Positions 1 to 10,275 of a stretch of DNA of 64,000 bases are shown one piece after another. Source of the DNA: a virus. A program made the position numbers and the translations under genes. The stretch is taken from the IMG/VR virus record IMGVR_UViG_3300024262_003767; one strand, 5' to 3'. Within the stretch, counting starts at the first letter, position 1. Each line of letters begins with the position of its first letter. The notes beneath the pieces are model-generated. The model was not told where the DNA came from, searched no databases, and saw only the letters and a list, made by a program, of their open reading frames with translations.

Positions 1-1280
1 AAGAAAAAGGCTAGTTTCTTAATATTTTTACCTTCACATTTTGGATTAACACACATAATTTCAACTCCACTTTTATTCCAAACTAACTCAGAACCACAAC
101 TTGGACAATGTGTTGGAACATCTGCTTGTGTCGGTACTGAAACTCCAACGATTTTAGGAATAACAGATCCTGAACGAATAATTTCCACAACAGCATCTTT
201 ACCAATTTTATTATCTAAAATAAATTTCGCATTATAACCAGTCGCTCTTGAAATTGTCACACCTTCAACGTCAAATGGTACAACATTCACAACAGGTTTT
301 ACATAACCATTTTTTGATGTTTCCCAATCATTGAAAAGTGTTGGTGTTGATATTGGTTTTGCCCAATCTGATTTGTATGCAATTGCGTATGATGGATTGT
401 TATTTGTTTCTCTACCTAATTGTTTTCGTAATTTTTCATCATTGACATCAAGAACAATACCATCAATTTCATATTTTTCACCCCAAGTGTAATATAATTC
501 ATCTAACATTTCTGATGTTAGTTCAGAAATGCGAATTTTTTTGAAAGGAACTTTAAATCCTGTTTCTTTTTCAATGAGTTCAATTTGTTCTAACTTGCTC
601 ATATCTTCATCAGCAACACCATAACGAACATGATCAACAAATTCCCAATAAGGCGATACTTCATCGTGATTAACTAAGCCAGCAACCATATTACGAGGAT
701 TTTTATAAGGTTCACCATTACTTCTCACAAAATTATTTTCTTCAAAAACTTGTCTTGGAATAATGAGTTCTCCAATTGTGTAAAATTCAACAGTTGATGG
801 TTTAGAATCTGTGAATGTGTTTAGATGTTCTGTGATATTTTGACCTTCAATACCATCACCTCTTGAGTGTGATACTTGTGTAAATTCATTTCTAAGTGCG
901 GAAACGCCATCATATTTGGCTGTTGCGATTAATATTGTATTTAAAGGTATACCTTTATTTTTTGCCCATTTTTTTACTTCTTCAACAGTTTTCTTTTTTT
1001 CAAGTGAGTACATTGGTTTATCCAATGTTTCCATTCTTTCTGTTGAACCTAAATCTTCAACATTTTCAATAACAGCGTTATCAAAAAGTTCATCATTTGG
1101 TTTGATTTCTTTCATTTTTTCAACTAATCTATCATAGTCTCTATCAGAAAGTTCACCACTTTTTTTACCTAAAAATTCTTGAATATCTTCTGTAAGTTCT
1201 GATATATCTACTGGATTACCAATTCTATACCTTGCATTTGAGATTAAAATTGCGTCTTTTAGGTTCTGTTGAAATGTCAT
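1..1280 (-). CDS. ligA: NAD-dependent DNA ligase (LigA), N-terminal roughly 425 aa; 3' end lies beyond the window start
   Basis: Manual translation of the minus strand from the ATG at about 1280: MTFQQNLKDAILISNARYRIGNP...; KYDGVSAL adenylation motif (KxDG); OB region; Zn finger CPSCGSELVWNKSGVEIMCVNPKCEG at positions about 1-130. Absent from the ORF track because no stop falls inside the window. Confidence 0.85.
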   Translation of the reverse strand, partial: MTFQQNLKDAILISNARYRIGNPVDISELTEDIQEFLGKKSGELSDRDYDRLVEKMKEIKPNDELFDNAVIENVEDLGSTERMETLDKPMYSLEKKKTVEEVKKWAKNKGIPLNTILIATAKYDGVSALRNEFTQVSHSRGDGIEGQNITEHLNTFTDSKPSTVEFYTIGELIIPRQVFEENNFVRSNGEPYKNPRNMVAGLVNHDEVSPYWEFVDHVRYGVADEDMSKLEQIELIEKETGFKVPFKKIRISELTSEMLDELYYTWGEKYEIDGIVLDVNDEKLRKQLGRETNNNPSYAIAYKSDWAKPISTPTLFNDWETSKNGYVKPVVNVVPFDVEGVTISRATGYNAKFILDNKIGKDAVVEIIRSGSVIPKIVGVSVPTQADVPTHCPSCGSELVWNKSGVEIMCVNPKCEGKNIKKLAFF

Positions 1281-1421
1281 ATTTTATGATTTTAATTTTT
1301 TGTTTTAAATTATAGTACAAAAGTAAGGATAATATTTGAATAAAAAAAGAAAATTTAATTTTTATATATAAGATATACTGTCTTTGTTTTTGATGTGTCA
1401 AAAAAAAATAAATAAAAATTA

Positions 1422-2321
1422 ATGATAAAAGAAAAAGAAATTGAAATATCTATAGGTTCTAGCAATTATTCACATTATGAAAAATACAAACCATATAAAA
1501 AGGGTGATAAAATTTTAGTTAAGATATATGACTTAATAGAAAATTCCACAGTTATCATTACCGCAATTTGTGATATTTGTAATAAAGAGAAGAAAATAAA
1601 ATATCAACCATACAACAATCAAATAAAAAAAAGCAATTTTTATTGTTGTTCTGAATGTAAAATGGTGAAAACTAGAGCTACAAATAAAAAAAAATATGGA
1701 TTTGATTATCCTATGCAAAGAGTGGAGGTTATGGTAAAGTCTAAAAATACATTATTAGAAAAATATGGAATAGAAAACATATCACAACGAGATGATATTA
1801 AACAAAAACGGAGTAAAATAATGTGTGATCCAAAATACCAAAAAAAACTTAAAAATGGGGTAATTAAAAAATATGGAGTCGATAATGCATCTTCTTTACA
1901 ATATGTTAAAGATAAAAAGAAAGAAACTACATTATCAAACTATGGTGTTGAGAATCCTTCTCAATCATCCGAAATTTTCATTAAGGCTCAAAAATCAGGA
2001 AAAAAAATTAAAGAGCATCACACAGGATTATTCTATAGAGGTACATATGAAAAAGATTTTTTAGACTTTTGTTATAAACATAAAGTACCTATCGAAAAGG
2101 GTAAAACACTTAAATATACACTAAATGGTAAAGAACGATATTATCATTCTGACTATTATATGAAAAATCTAAATTTAATAATTGAAATAAAATCAAATTA
2201 TTATTATGAGAAGTATAAAGAACAAAATATACAAAAAAAGATTTCTTCTATTAAAAATGGCTTTAACTACATTATTATTATTGATAAAGAATATGACGAA
2301 TTTTTAAGTAAATTTTCTTAA
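1422..2321 (+). CDS. Homing-endonuclease-like protein: Zn ribbon, five tandem KYG(V/I)xN(P/A)SQ repeats, and a C-terminal PD-(D/E)xK-like module (DYY...IIEIK)
   Basis: CDICNKEKK...CCSECK zinc ribbon; repeats KKYGFDYPMQ / EKYGIENISQ / KKYGVDNASS / SNYGVENPSQ; the C-terminus aligns with three paralogues in this window. Confidence 0.5.
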   Translation: MIKEKEIEISIGSSNYSHYEKYKPYKKGDKILVKIYDLIENSTVIITAICDICNKEKKIKYQPYNNQIKKSNFYCCSECKMVKTRATNKKKYGFDYPMQRVEVMVKSKNTLLEKYGIENISQRDDIKQKRSKIMCDPKYQKKLKNGVIKKYGVDNASSLQYVKDKKKETTLSNYGVENPSQSSEIFIKAQKSGKKIKEHHTGLFYRGTYEKDFLDFCYKHKVPIEKGKTLKYTLNGKERYYHSDYYMKNLNLIIEIKSNYYYEKYKEQNIQKKISSIKNGFNYIIIIDKEYDEFLSKFS

Positions 2322-3175
2322 TAATTTCTTTCATACACTCGTATATAATCAACTACAAAATCAGCGGGCATTTCTGATGGTTCAGGTAAATATCCTAAAT
2401 CTCCTGCGGTGTTGACAATAACACTCATTTTATTATTAGGTACATTATAAATTTGTCTATATACTGGAACATTATCGATATACCATTCAACATAATTCCA
2501 TTCCCATCTACAAGCATATGTGTGAAAGTCTTTACTCCAATCAATTCTATTATTATAAGTTCTACCCAATTGTGTGCCAAAGTATCCAGTTTTTTCTTTT
2601 TTTCCAGGTGTACCAAAATGTGTGGTTAAACTAATACCTTTTGTATAATCTTTTCCAACATCACTTGTACTCATAAATTCAAAAATGTCAATCTCTGGGG
2701 GCCAGGTACTTCCATACAACCAGAACGCTGTCCACCATTTTAAACCTTGTGTTGGTGGTTTACATCGTATTTCAAAATATCCATATTGTTGATCAAATCC
2801 AATATCTTCCCATCTTGCAGTATTTAACCACCCTCTTTTGAGTTTATACTCACCCCCTGGGTTATCTTTAACATATAAATGTAAATAATTATCTTTTAAT
2901 TCTATACAGTCCAATGAAGATTCACCAGCAACCTGTTGTGGTGTGTGTTCTGTATGAGTAGAATACCATTTATTCCATTTTGTCCAATCCATTTCAGTAC
3001 CATTAAACTCATCATTAAATGTTAGTGTCCAACCTTCTTTGTCTATTGGATTGATTGGTGGGTTTGAGAACAGTTTTTTATTTGAAAAATAAAATTTACA
3101 GTAATAGTAACCATTTAAGAAAATAACATAAATGTTCCATAAAATCTCTTTAATAGCGTATAGTAAATAAGTCAT
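2318..3175 (-). CDS. Glycoside hydrolase family 16 (beta-glucanase/laminarinase-like, concanavalin fold)
   Basis: GH16 catalytic motif E-I-D-I-F-E (PPEIDIFEF); Trp/Tyr-rich beta-sandwich composition. Confidence 0.7.
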   Translation of the reverse strand: MTYLLYAIKEILWNIYVIFLNGYYYCKFYFSNKKLFSNPPINPIDKEGWTLTFNDEFNGTEMDWTKWNKWYSTHTEHTPQQVAGESSLDCIELKDNYLHLYVKDNPGGEYKLKRGWLNTARWEDIGFDQQYGYFEIRCKPPTQGLKWWTAFWLYGSTWPPEIDIFEFMSTSDVGKDYTKGISLTTHFGTPGKKEKTGYFGTQLGRTYNNRIDWSKDFHTYACRWEWNYVEWYIDNVPVYRQIYNVPNNKMSVIVNTAGDLGYLPEPSEMPADFVVDYIRVYERNY

Positions 3176-3461
3176 ATCTATTTTTATTTTTATATATAAA
3201 AATGTTATGGTAATGTTATATTCTAATTTAGATTTTGTAACTTTTTTATTCTAACATATTTTAATAAGTCTGAAAAGTCTAATTTTACAACATTCAACAT
3301 TTGTCTCATATTAAATCTATTATAACTAGGTGTGGATTCAACATCAACAAAATATGCTATCTCACAATCACAATTAATATCTATAATACCGATATTTTTA
3401 TTATCAATTTGATAAATTGATTTGACACTCAAATTGTATTTGTGTTCTAAATAATCATTTA

Positions 3462-3671
3462 TTATTTGTTCTTTGAAAACCATTTTCTTGTGATTTTATC
3501 GAAAATCTTATCTCCATAATATTTTATAACGGTGGCAATTGTTGATATAACAAAAGATGCAACGATACTATCAAGTAATCCGAAACCATAAAATACCATA
3601 GATATTGTTATTACTATAAATATTAGTAAAAATAAGATTTTATATTTCTCCATTATTTGTGTAACTTTCAT
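3462..3671 (-). CDS. Small membrane protein (two predicted TM helices)
   Basis: Hydrophobic stretches LFLLIFIVITISMVFYGFGLL and VASFVISTIATVI. Confidence 0.3.
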   Translation of the reverse strand: MKVTQIMEKYKILFLLIFIVITISMVFYGFGLLDSIVASFVISTIATVIKYYGDKIFDKITRKWFSKNK

Positions 3672-3689
3672 ATTATGATTTATTTATTT

Positions 3690-4088
3690 TTAGTAATAAT
3701 TTATATAATTTACAATTGGTAAAAATAAATTTTTAGGGAAATTTTTCCAATCAAACCATCCAATTTCTGTACATTTTTCAGGTTCCATAATTTTGGCATC
3801 ATACGATTTAGATTGACACCTTACAAAAATTGTAATATAATGCAAATCCTCTTCAATAAACATATCATTAGTAAATCTATCAACTTGTAAATTGATGATA
3901 TCTAGTCCTGTTTCTTCTTTTGCTTCTCTGATTGCACAATCTACAATTGTTTCAAATTTGTCTAATTTTCCACCAGGGAAACTCCAGGTTCCTTCGCTGT
4001 GAGCACCTTTTCTTTTCATTAGAAGAACTTTACCATCGTAATCTTCTATTATAACACCTACGCCTATGTGTGGTCTATTACATTTCAT
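3690..4088 (-). CDS. Nudix hydrolase
   Basis: Nudix box GGKLDKFETIVDCAIREAKEETGL (GX5EX7REUXEEXGU). Confidence 0.8.
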   Translation of the reverse strand: MKCNRPHIGVGVIIEDYDGKVLLMKRKGAHSEGTWSFPGGKLDKFETIVDCAIREAKEETGLDIINLQVDRFTNDMFIEEDLHYITIFVRCQSKSYDAKIMEPEKCTEIGWFDWKNFPKNLFLPIVNYINYY

Positions 4089-4705
4089 TTTCTATTTTAT
4101 TTAATTTGGTTTTTCTTATATCTTTTTCTAATTTTTTCTTTAATCTATCAAAATCTGATATTTCAAAGAAATACTCAAATGCATTTTCATATGTTTCTTT
4201 TGTGATATAATATGTCTCTCCGTCTTTGGTATATGTTCGGGGTGGTAGTATTTTAAAAAAGTATGTAGTATCACGATTAAATCCAGAACTTCTTTCTAAT
4301 CTGATTATATCACCACTATATAAAAAAGTAAACATTCCTCTATCTACATATTTAGTATTGGTATTTTCATCGGGTATATCATATCCTTTCTGAACCCCAA
4401 TATCAATCAATCCTAATATAAATTCATCATTCATCATTTATTTGCTCTAATTTCTTTTTTCTCAAATTTTTTCTCAAATGTTCTTTATATCTATCAGATT
4501 TTAATAAGAAGTTTTTTATTTCATTTTGTGTTGATTTTAAACCACAAGTAATAGATCCACTTGAGTATGTTAGCCAACCATTATGAAAAAAAAGATATTG
4601 ACCTCTATTAATAATTATACATTCTCCTAGTAAACCACTATCTTTTTTCAAAACATATATATCCTCGGGTATATCAAAAAAATCTATTGCTTCTAATAAA
4701 GTCAT

Positions 4706-5215
4706 TTAAATGTTATTTTGTCTAATTATTTCTTCGAAAATAGTTGATTTTAAATCTTCATACAAATCTTCAAGTGAATTATTAATTTTCTGAGATGTTC
4801 GTATCACTCTTGTTTGTATTATTACATCATCTTTTCTTTCATATTCTGGATCTATACCAACCACTAATCTCATTGCTGTAGGTAAATATTTGCCATATTC
4901 AAATAATGTAATAGGATTTAGTGAACCTTTAGAAAACCAAAAAAGTATAATATTTGATTCTTTTAATTTATTATGTTCCCAAATGATTTGTTCTTTTAAT
5001 TTATTTCTTGATATTTTCTTTGACATTTTCTTCCGTCTCGGATTAAAAATGTCCGTGTGTTCAAACATATTTTTAGTTTGTGGATATTTTTCAGACTTTA
5101 TCTTTTCAATTATTTCATTTTGCCAATTTGGACAATTTGAAATTCCACCTGCTAAAAATAATTTAATTTTATTCAGGCTTTTAAGTTTACTCGGGGCTTC
5201 TAATATTTTTAACAT
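4706..5215 (-). CDS. Nucleoside 2-deoxyribosyltransferase / Rcl(DNPH1)-like protein
   Basis: N-terminal KLFLAGGIS resembles the NDT IYFGAGWF motif; ILFWFSKGSLNPITLFEYGKYLPTAMRLVVGIDPE aligns with the NDT catalytic-Glu region (..VGLGMELGYALSQGKYVLLVIPDE). Confidence 0.45.
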   Translation of the reverse strand: MLKILEAPSKLKSLNKIKLFLAGGISNCPNWQNEIIEKIKSEKYPQTKNMFEHTDIFNPRRKKMSKKISRNKLKEQIIWEHNKLKESNIILFWFSKGSLNPITLFEYGKYLPTAMRLVVGIDPEYERKDDVIIQTRVIRTSQKINNSLEDLYEDLKSTIFEEIIRQNNI

Positions 5216-5216
5216 T

Positions 5217-5651
5217 TTAATAGTCTGTTATTAATTTTCCAATTAGATGATCATATTCGTGTTGAATTATACGTGCCATAACACCTTCAAATTCTTGTTG
5301 TTTATACTCCCATGCTCTATTGTGATATTGTATTCTAACTCTACCTTTTCGTGTGACAGTTATTGGTATATCAGGCACACTCAAACAACCTTCAGTCATT
5401 TGTTCTGAATGACCAAATGCGTATATTTTAGGATTTATATATGTTTCCTCAAAACCTTCATATGAAACAATAAATAGGTTTAAATTTTTACTAACTTGTG
5501 GTGCTGCTAATCCAACCCCAGTTGATGATCTCAAAGTTTCAAACATATCCGATATTAACTTTTTAGAATGTTCATTATTTATAACATCTATGTTTGGTTT
5601 TCTTAATATACCTCTTGGATCTTGATTATATTTTATTACATCTAATATCAT
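5217..5651 (-). CDS. def: Peptide deformylase
   Basis: All three PDF motifs: GVGLAAPQ, EGCLS, QHEYDHL (HExxH). Confidence 0.9.
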   Translation of the reverse strand: MILDVIKYNQDPRGILRKPNIDVINNEHSKKLISDMFETLRSSTGVGLAAPQVSKNLNLFIVSYEGFEETYINPKIYAFGHSEQMTEGCLSVPDIPITVTRKGRVRIQYHNRAWEYKQQEFEGVMARIIQHEYDHLIGKLITDY

Positions 5652-5657
5652 TATTTG

Positions 5658-6491
5658 TTATATAATTTTTAATTTTTTAAGTTTATCTTTATCATAAACT
5701 TCTATTTTTTTGTCTCTATATTGTTTTTTAAAAGCAAGATATTTATCTTTTGCATCATCTCTCCACCAGCCTTTAACTTCAACATATAAATCACAATCAA
5801 TAAGGTAAAAATCTGGTCTATATGTTCCTTCAGCATTATTATAATTGATAGGAAATGCTTCTGGTTCAAAGAACCATTCTATGTTATTTTTATCCAAATA
5901 AGTTGCATATTTTATTTCCCAAGAACTTCTCATCCACACAGAATCACCATTTTTACATTTATACCATTCACCTTTACCATGATAACATTTACCATAAAAA
6001 TTAGATTCCTTACCTCTTTTTACATTTTTACTTTTATTGATTAGCATTTTTTGATATCTTATGTTTGCTTCTATTTCGCCATATTTTTCTAACCAAACAC
6101 TAAATACTGAACGACCATACATTGGATTTTTATCACCAGACATTTTGACACTTATCTTTTTTTTAGTTTTGTCTGAATGATAATTACCTATGTTAGATTG
6201 ACTTATTTTTTTCTTTACCTCGTCTGTTCTATGCTTACCTTTAAAATGATGTGTATTATTTTTGTGCCATTCGATAAGTTTTTCAATCTTAACATCTTTA
6301 TTTGTATTCGCATTCACTTTATTAGAACACGATAAGCATAGATCATTTTTAACTGCATATCTATATTTTTTTTCTACTTCAGCATCACAATCTTTACATT
6401 TCCAAATTACAGTCTTTTCGCTACTTGGTTTCAAATCATTTGAATAATACCCAAACATATCCTTTGTTTTTTGTTCTAAAATAATACCCAT
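5658..6491 (-). CDS. Homing-endonuclease-like protein: Zn ribbon, NUMOD3 repeats, and a PD-(D/E)xK-like C-terminus
   Basis: WKCKDCDAE..CLSCSNK; NUMOD3-like KGKHRTDEVKKKISQSNIG and HSDKTKKKISVKMSGDKNPMYG; C-terminal YRPDFYLIDCDLYVEVKGWW. Confidence 0.6.
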   Translation of the reverse strand: MGIILEQKTKDMFGYYSNDLKPSSEKTVIWKCKDCDAEVEKKYRYAVKNDLCLSCSNKVNANTNKDVKIEKLIEWHKNNTHHFKGKHRTDEVKKKISQSNIGNYHSDKTKKKISVKMSGDKNPMYGRSVFSVWLEKYGEIEANIRYQKMLINKSKNVKRGKESNFYGKCYHGKGEWYKCKNGDSVWMRSSWEIKYATYLDKNNIEWFFEPEAFPINYNNAEGTYRPDFYLIDCDLYVEVKGWWRDDAKDKYLAFKKQYRDKKIEVYDKDKLKKLKII

Positions 6492-6554
6492 AACATTTAT
6501 ATATTTTTCGATTATATATAAATATATACCAGTTGTATTTGTACCAAAAACAAA

Positions 6555-7016
6555 TTATATTATATATTTCCAAAATTCTTCAGGTAAATGAATATTTGTT
6601 AAAAACAAAACATTTTTAAATAATGGTGCAATGTCTGATGCTGCATAACCTGCTAACCCGCAACCTATTGGAGTAACTAAAAATATTTGTTCCTTATGTT
6701 TACAAGCATATTCAATAAAATTACCAACATACTTTTGGATTTCGATTACTGATAATGTTTTAATATTTTTATCTTTTGTTGGTATTGCATATGTTTGACC
6801 CTGAATTCCTTCACCTTGACCATAAATTGCGCCCCATTTAATTGCTTGTTTTGCTGCCCCTTTACCATGTCTTCCCGATTTGTTAGATCCAAAAATAAAC
6901 ACTTCATTGTCTTTTAATTTAGTAATTTTTTCTGGTGTTACTCTTTTTTCTTTATTAATATATTTACTATCACTAAAGTAAGAACCTCTCATTGCTTCTG
7001 ATCTTCCATCTGACAT
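6555..7016 (-). CDS. Glycine-rich Rossmann-like protein (SLOG/LOG/DprA-like?), function unknown
   Basis: FIFGSNKSGRHGKGAAKQAIKWGAIYGQGEGIQGQTYAIPTKD and TPIGCGLAGY glycine-rich loops; no confident family match. Confidence 0.25.
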   Translation of the reverse strand: MSDGRSEAMRGSYFSDSKYINKEKRVTPEKITKLKDNEVFIFGSNKSGRHGKGAAKQAIKWGAIYGQGEGIQGQTYAIPTKDKNIKTLSVIEIQKYVGNFIEYACKHKEQIFLVTPIGCGLAGYAASDIAPLFKNVLFLTNIHLPEEFWKYII

Positions 7017-7139
7017 TGTTTTAATTGTTTTAATTTTAATTTTCTTAAATAACTATTTAATCCTTTTTCATTATTTACAAAATGTGATAACCCCATATTT
7101 TATATAATGTATTTTACTTTTTGTGATTTGTTTAAATAA

Positions 7140-7166
7140 AAAAAGGGCTACAATAGCCCTTTTTCA
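7140..7166. terminator. Hairpin with flanking A/T runs at the 3' end of minus ORF 7148..7390
   Basis: AAAAAAAGGGCT-acaat-AGCCCTTTTT. Confidence 0.5.
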
Positions 7167-7838
7167 ATCCATTTTCCATTAATTTTAACTTTATCAAGTT
7201 TTGTTAATGTAAATCTCCATTTTTCAGGAAAATCTAATAATCTTAGATTCATTTGTGTTACCATTTTATGAGCAGTTTTATACTCATTTTGATTAGTGTT
7301 CACCTCTATCAATTGATAAGGTGCGTGATACCCATTACGGTGTATCAGATCAACTCTCCAAAGTTGACATCTTTCGCTTGTGTTTGCCATAATCTGAACT
7401 AGTCAGACTACGATGTATTAAAATACCTCATACAACTATATATTATTTATTCTGTGTGAAGTTTTCTTATTTTTGATTTTTTATTTAGTTCATCAAGTTT
7501 CATCTTTCTCAACGCCAAATTACCTAAAAATCGTTTAACAGTGGTCCAAACCATGGTGCCTTTATCACCTTGTATTTTTATTTTACCTGGTTTTTTATCT
7601 AAAACTTTATATACCTTACCAACTGTAAAAGATTGTATCTTTTCTGCTGTTCCATTTTTAGAAAATCTTGGATCAAATGATAAATCTCTATCATCAAAAC
7701 ACAATATAGTATCACCTATATTACAATCTCCATGTTTCAACAACATTCTATCAAGTTCTATTTGTTTTTGGTAGAAATGTAAATTATAAAATTTTTTTGA
7801 ACGTAATTTATTTATCATATAATGATATATGATAAACT

Positions 7839-8660
7839 TTAAGAAATGTTTTCAAGTTTTAATGCTCTGATTTGTTTTTTAGAAAAAATATTAGTTTTTG
7901 ACTTCTTTATTAAATGTGAAAATATTTTATTTTGTATTAATTTTTTCTTTACGGAAAAATCCGCATTTACTATTTTTTCTTCAAATTCAATTAAACATTC
8001 AGGCTCACGACCATCACCTAAATAAACTTTATCTCCTACTGTGTGAAACCAAAACCATTCTATTTTAATGTCATTTTCTTTAAACAATTTATCTACTTCT
8101 GAACTTAAATAATAATAAAAATATGTTAATAATTCAGTTAAAAATTCAGTTTCAGAAAATCCATCATTACTATTTAAATAATAATACCAAAAATTACTAG
8201 GTTCAACACCTAACTCAAGACAAAGATTATCAATTTTATCAATATTTTTGTTGGTTTTATTAAAAACATAGTCATTAAACAAACTTTTAAATGATTTAGT
8301 ATCTCCATTACCTTTATCACAATTACATTTTGAACACATTGTCTGATAATTGGTAGAAGTGTTTTTACCACCTTTAGATTTTGGTATGATGTGATCTTTC
8401 GTCATTAAAATTTCATCACCGTTTTCATTTACACCATACATATTGATGTGATATTTTTCAATTTCGGGTAAATGCTTCTCAATTGCTAAAAAAATTCCTT
8501 CAAGTCCACATTCAACACAGAATCTATTTTCTTGAAATAATTTGTATCGTTGTGAGGTTATCTTAACAGTAACCCCGTTAATTGTTCGGTATCTATTTGG
8601 TCCTACACTATCCTTTAGTTTTTTTAAATAACTTATATCTAATTTACTATGTCTTATCAT
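7839..8660 (-). CDS. HNH endonuclease
   Basis: HIIPKSKGGKNTSTNYQTMCSKCNCDKGNG HNH motif with Cys ligands. Confidence 0.75.
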   Translation of the reverse strand: MIRHSKLDISYLKKLKDSVGPNRYRTINGVTVKITSQRYKLFQENRFCVECGLEGIFLAIEKHLPEIEKYHINMYGVNENGDEILMTKDHIIPKSKGGKNTSTNYQTMCSKCNCDKGNGDTKSFKSLFNDYVFNKTNKNIDKIDNLCLELGVEPSNFWYYYLNSNDGFSETEFLTELLTYFYYYLSSEVDKLFKENDIKIEWFWFHTVGDKVYLGDGREPECLIEFEEKIVNADFSVKKKLIQNKIFSHLIKKSKTNIFSKKQIRALKLENIS

Positions 8661-8675
8661 CTTTTTATTTAAAAA

Positions 8676-9188
8676 TTATTTCAGGTAAATAGGATCAACG
8701 TGATCAACTAACCATACACCATTTTCTGATTGATAAAATTTAATTTTATCAACAATCATTGGATAAGTATCAATTTTGAAGATATATGGAGTATCATTTT
8801 TACAATATCTATTTGCAACATCTAAAGCAGTATCATAATCAGCACTTAGATGTACATGATTTCTTTTCATTTTAGAAAGTCCATTTTTTCTAATTGATTT
8901 AACATTTCTAGATGCTGTGCCGTGATATAAAAATTTTGGTGGCATCTTTGATTTCAATTCAACATCAACTTTTAAAGAATGTCCTTGATTTGCTCTAATT
9001 TTAGTTTCATCTTCATTAAAACTAAATCTTTTCTTATCATTATTATCTACAATCCATTGTAAATCTTCAAATGATATATTAACTTTATTCAATAAATCAT
9101 CAACATCAACCCAACCATTTTTATCCATAGACAAATCTTCTGGGTTATGTCTTAATAAATAACTTATTTGTATTCCTTTATTTTTCAT
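8676..9188 (-). CDS. kptA: RNA 2'-phosphotransferase Tpt1/KptA
   Basis: LSYLLRHNPEDL...NGWVDVDDLL, RANQGHS, HGTASRNVKSIRKNGLSKMKRNHVHL, matching Tpt1 family conserved blocks. Confidence 0.8.
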   Translation of the reverse strand: MKNKGIQISYLLRHNPEDLSMDKNGWVDVDDLLNKVNISFEDLQWIVDNNDKKRFSFNEDETKIRANQGHSLKVDVELKSKMPPKFLYHGTASRNVKSIRKNGLSKMKRNHVHLSADYDTALDVANRYCKNDTPYIFKIDTYPMIVDKIKFYQSENGVWLVDHVDPIYLK

Positions 9189-9227
9189 TTATTCCTTTAT
9201 TTTTCATCTATTTTATCTAATTACTCA

Positions 9228-9689
9228 TTATAATTGATTAAGTTTTAATTTTCTATTTTCTTTAATGAAAGAATTGTTGATTTTATTCCATAATTGTTCT
9301 TCTGAAAGTAGTTTTTGTATTTTATCATCAGAACAATACTCACATAAATATTTTTGTTTGATTAATCCCAAACAGACAGGACAATCTATGTCGCCATATT
9401 TACAGCCGTGGTTAATACAACAATGAGTTTCATGTACACCATATTTTTCCTTGGGTATTGTCGTTTTACCTTTTTTTACAGCTATCTCTTTTTCTTTTTG
9501 TTTTCGTTCAAACTCAGTTGTACTTTTGATATCTTCTAAAATATCATCACAAGTGAATTTGGAAAATTGATCTGATAATTTTTCATCCAAACCTTCAGTT
9601 CTCATTTTTTTAATAAAATCCGAAAATTCTTTCCTTTGCTCTTCATTTAAAGCAAATATTAAACTTGATATATCACTAAACATCTTCAT
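9228..9689 (-). CDS. Cys-cluster (putative Zn-binding) hypothetical protein
   Basis: HCCINHGCKYGDIDCPVCLG...CEYC. Confidence 0.3.
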   Translation of the reverse strand: MKMFSDISSLIFALNEEQRKEFSDFIKKMRTEGLDEKLSDQFSKFTCDDILEDIKSTTEFERKQKEKEIAVKKGKTTIPKEKYGVHETHCCINHGCKYGDIDCPVCLGLIKQKYLCEYCSDDKIQKLLSEEQLWNKINNSFIKENRKLKLNQL

Positions 9690-10019
9690 CTTTCAACTTA
9701 TTATAAATTTCAAAATCAACACTACCATCTTCATTAATGTATTGTTCGTAAGTAAACTCACAACATGCTCTAATATGCATCATTGAAAATCCTTTTCGGT
9801 GACACATACACATACAAATATTTTCTTTTTTCTTTTCCATACGGCAAATATAAACAAAAATATGTAAATAAAAAATGTTCACTAAATAGAAAATGTGTTC
9901 GTTTTTGATGCACATTTTTAATTCATTATTATCACATTATTATATAATATAATGCTAATTAAGTACTTAGTATTTTTGGCACACTTTATGAGATAGTAAT
10001 AAAAAACAATATAGAAATT

Positions 10020-10265
10020 ATGAAAAATTACTTTAAACAAAGATTAAAAAGAGACAAACAAAATAAGATGATTGCTGGCGTTTGTTCAGGAATCGCAAAT
10101 TATTTTGATGTAGATCCAGTATTAGTAAGATCGGTATTTCTCGTTGGATTATTAATGCCGATTAATGGTTTTCCATTGATATATATTGTATTATGGATTT
10201 TAACACCATACGAAGAAGTTGAAGTTAAACATTATAGTAATGAAAAATATTCAGATGAAAAATAA
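10020..10265 (+). CDS. PspC-domain membrane protein
   Basis: LKRDKQNKMIAGVCSGIANYFDVDPVLVRSVFLVGLL....IYIVLWILTP matches the PspC domain consensus. Confidence 0.75.
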   Translation: MKNYFKQRLKRDKQNKMIAGVCSGIANYFDVDPVLVRSVFLVGLLMPINGFPLIYIVLWILTPYEEVEVKHYSNEKYSDEK

Positions 10266-10275
10266 AATTAATAAA

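Noticed and set aside
916-1137. Plus-strand 73-aa ORF
   Set aside because: Antisense to the clearly coding NAD-ligase reading frame; F/S-rich nonsense composition.
6555-7016. Macro domain (Appr-1''-p phosphatase), which would have completed a Tpt1 to CPDase to macro pathway
   Set aside because: The glycine-rich segment does not match the macro NAAN...GGGV signature. Only a generic Rossmann/SLOG-like call is supportable.
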